This document shows, in pieces, positions 63,429 to 64,000 of a stretch of DNA of 64,000 nucleotides. The notes under the pieces were generated by a model. It was given only the letters and a program-made list of their open reading frames with translations. It was not told the DNA's origin and ran no database searches. This DNA is from Somniosus microcephalus. Taxonomy: Eukaryota. The position numbers and the translations under genes are program-made. Position 1 is the stretch's first letter, and the number at the start of each line of letters is the position of its first letter. The stretch spans positions 54,374,001-54,438,000 of the forward strand of contig CM126222.1 in NCBI GenBank assembly GCA_052327205.1, given 5' to 3'.

Positions 63429-64000
63429 TATTGGGCAGGTGAAGGCACACTCTGGTTCATGGGGGGTGAGAGGTCTGGTCATGCTGGTTGTCAGTGATGT
63501 TGTCACCGAGGAAAATATCTCGAGTAAAAATCCAAAAAACATAACTGTAAATGCTGCACCTGTCAGGCAAAGGCATTTTGTCACTCGTCAATCTGCCTGT
63601 TGATTTATGTGAACACTTTACAGTTTGTGTTGTAACATTCCTGCAATTTTAAACTGAAAGTTTTAAAAAGCTTTGGTATGAATGAAGATTGGATTAAATG
63701 CTTCGTATGCTTATTGGTGACTAAGGCAAAATGATCTCTGGATAGCAATAAGACAGTACACGTCCCATCTTGAAAATAACACAAAACTACACATTCACGC
63801 CAGTGAAAGGGTTAATAAGGGACCCATTAGTGCTCAATAAAAAAACATGTTTTTTTAATCTTGGGGAGTAATAGAACAACTGTGAAAGCAAGGCAGATTA
63901 TTGTAAATTTGGAATCAATCCAGATGAAAATGAATCCCAAAAGATGGTGTTCCTACAAATTAACAAGAGCAGGATTTGAGGTGAAGCCTGGGCAAATAAC

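Overview
Eukaryotic, vertebrate-type genomic DNA, almost certainly from a cartilaginous fish (shark-like repeats: HE1/V-SINE, SacSINE1-like DeuSINE, CR1, L2, RTE). The window appears to lie inside one large + strand gene, BAHCC1. Only one exon is recognisable: 171 bp, phase 1-1, at 22584-22754, encoding [23 protein letters not shown]...[10 protein letters not shown]. The rest is intron with many transposon relics: 5'-truncated LINEs, SINEs, and three classes of short DNA transposons (Harbinger-like with 3-bp TSDs, Tc1/mariner-like with TA TSDs, hAT-like with 8-bp TSDs). It also holds a ~2.6 kb 22-bp minisatellite, a ~410 bp alternating purine-pyrimidine repeat and several enhancer-like unique stretches. 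The most notable observations are two palindromic Penelope-like relics carrying minimal hammerhead ribozyme motifs with a compensatory stem change, a MITE family carrying RFX X-box motifs, and an RTE LINE with a twin-priming 5' inversion. Nearly all long ORFs in the track are repeat artefacts. I found no clearly new biological system. All family names were assigned by eye, without database searches.
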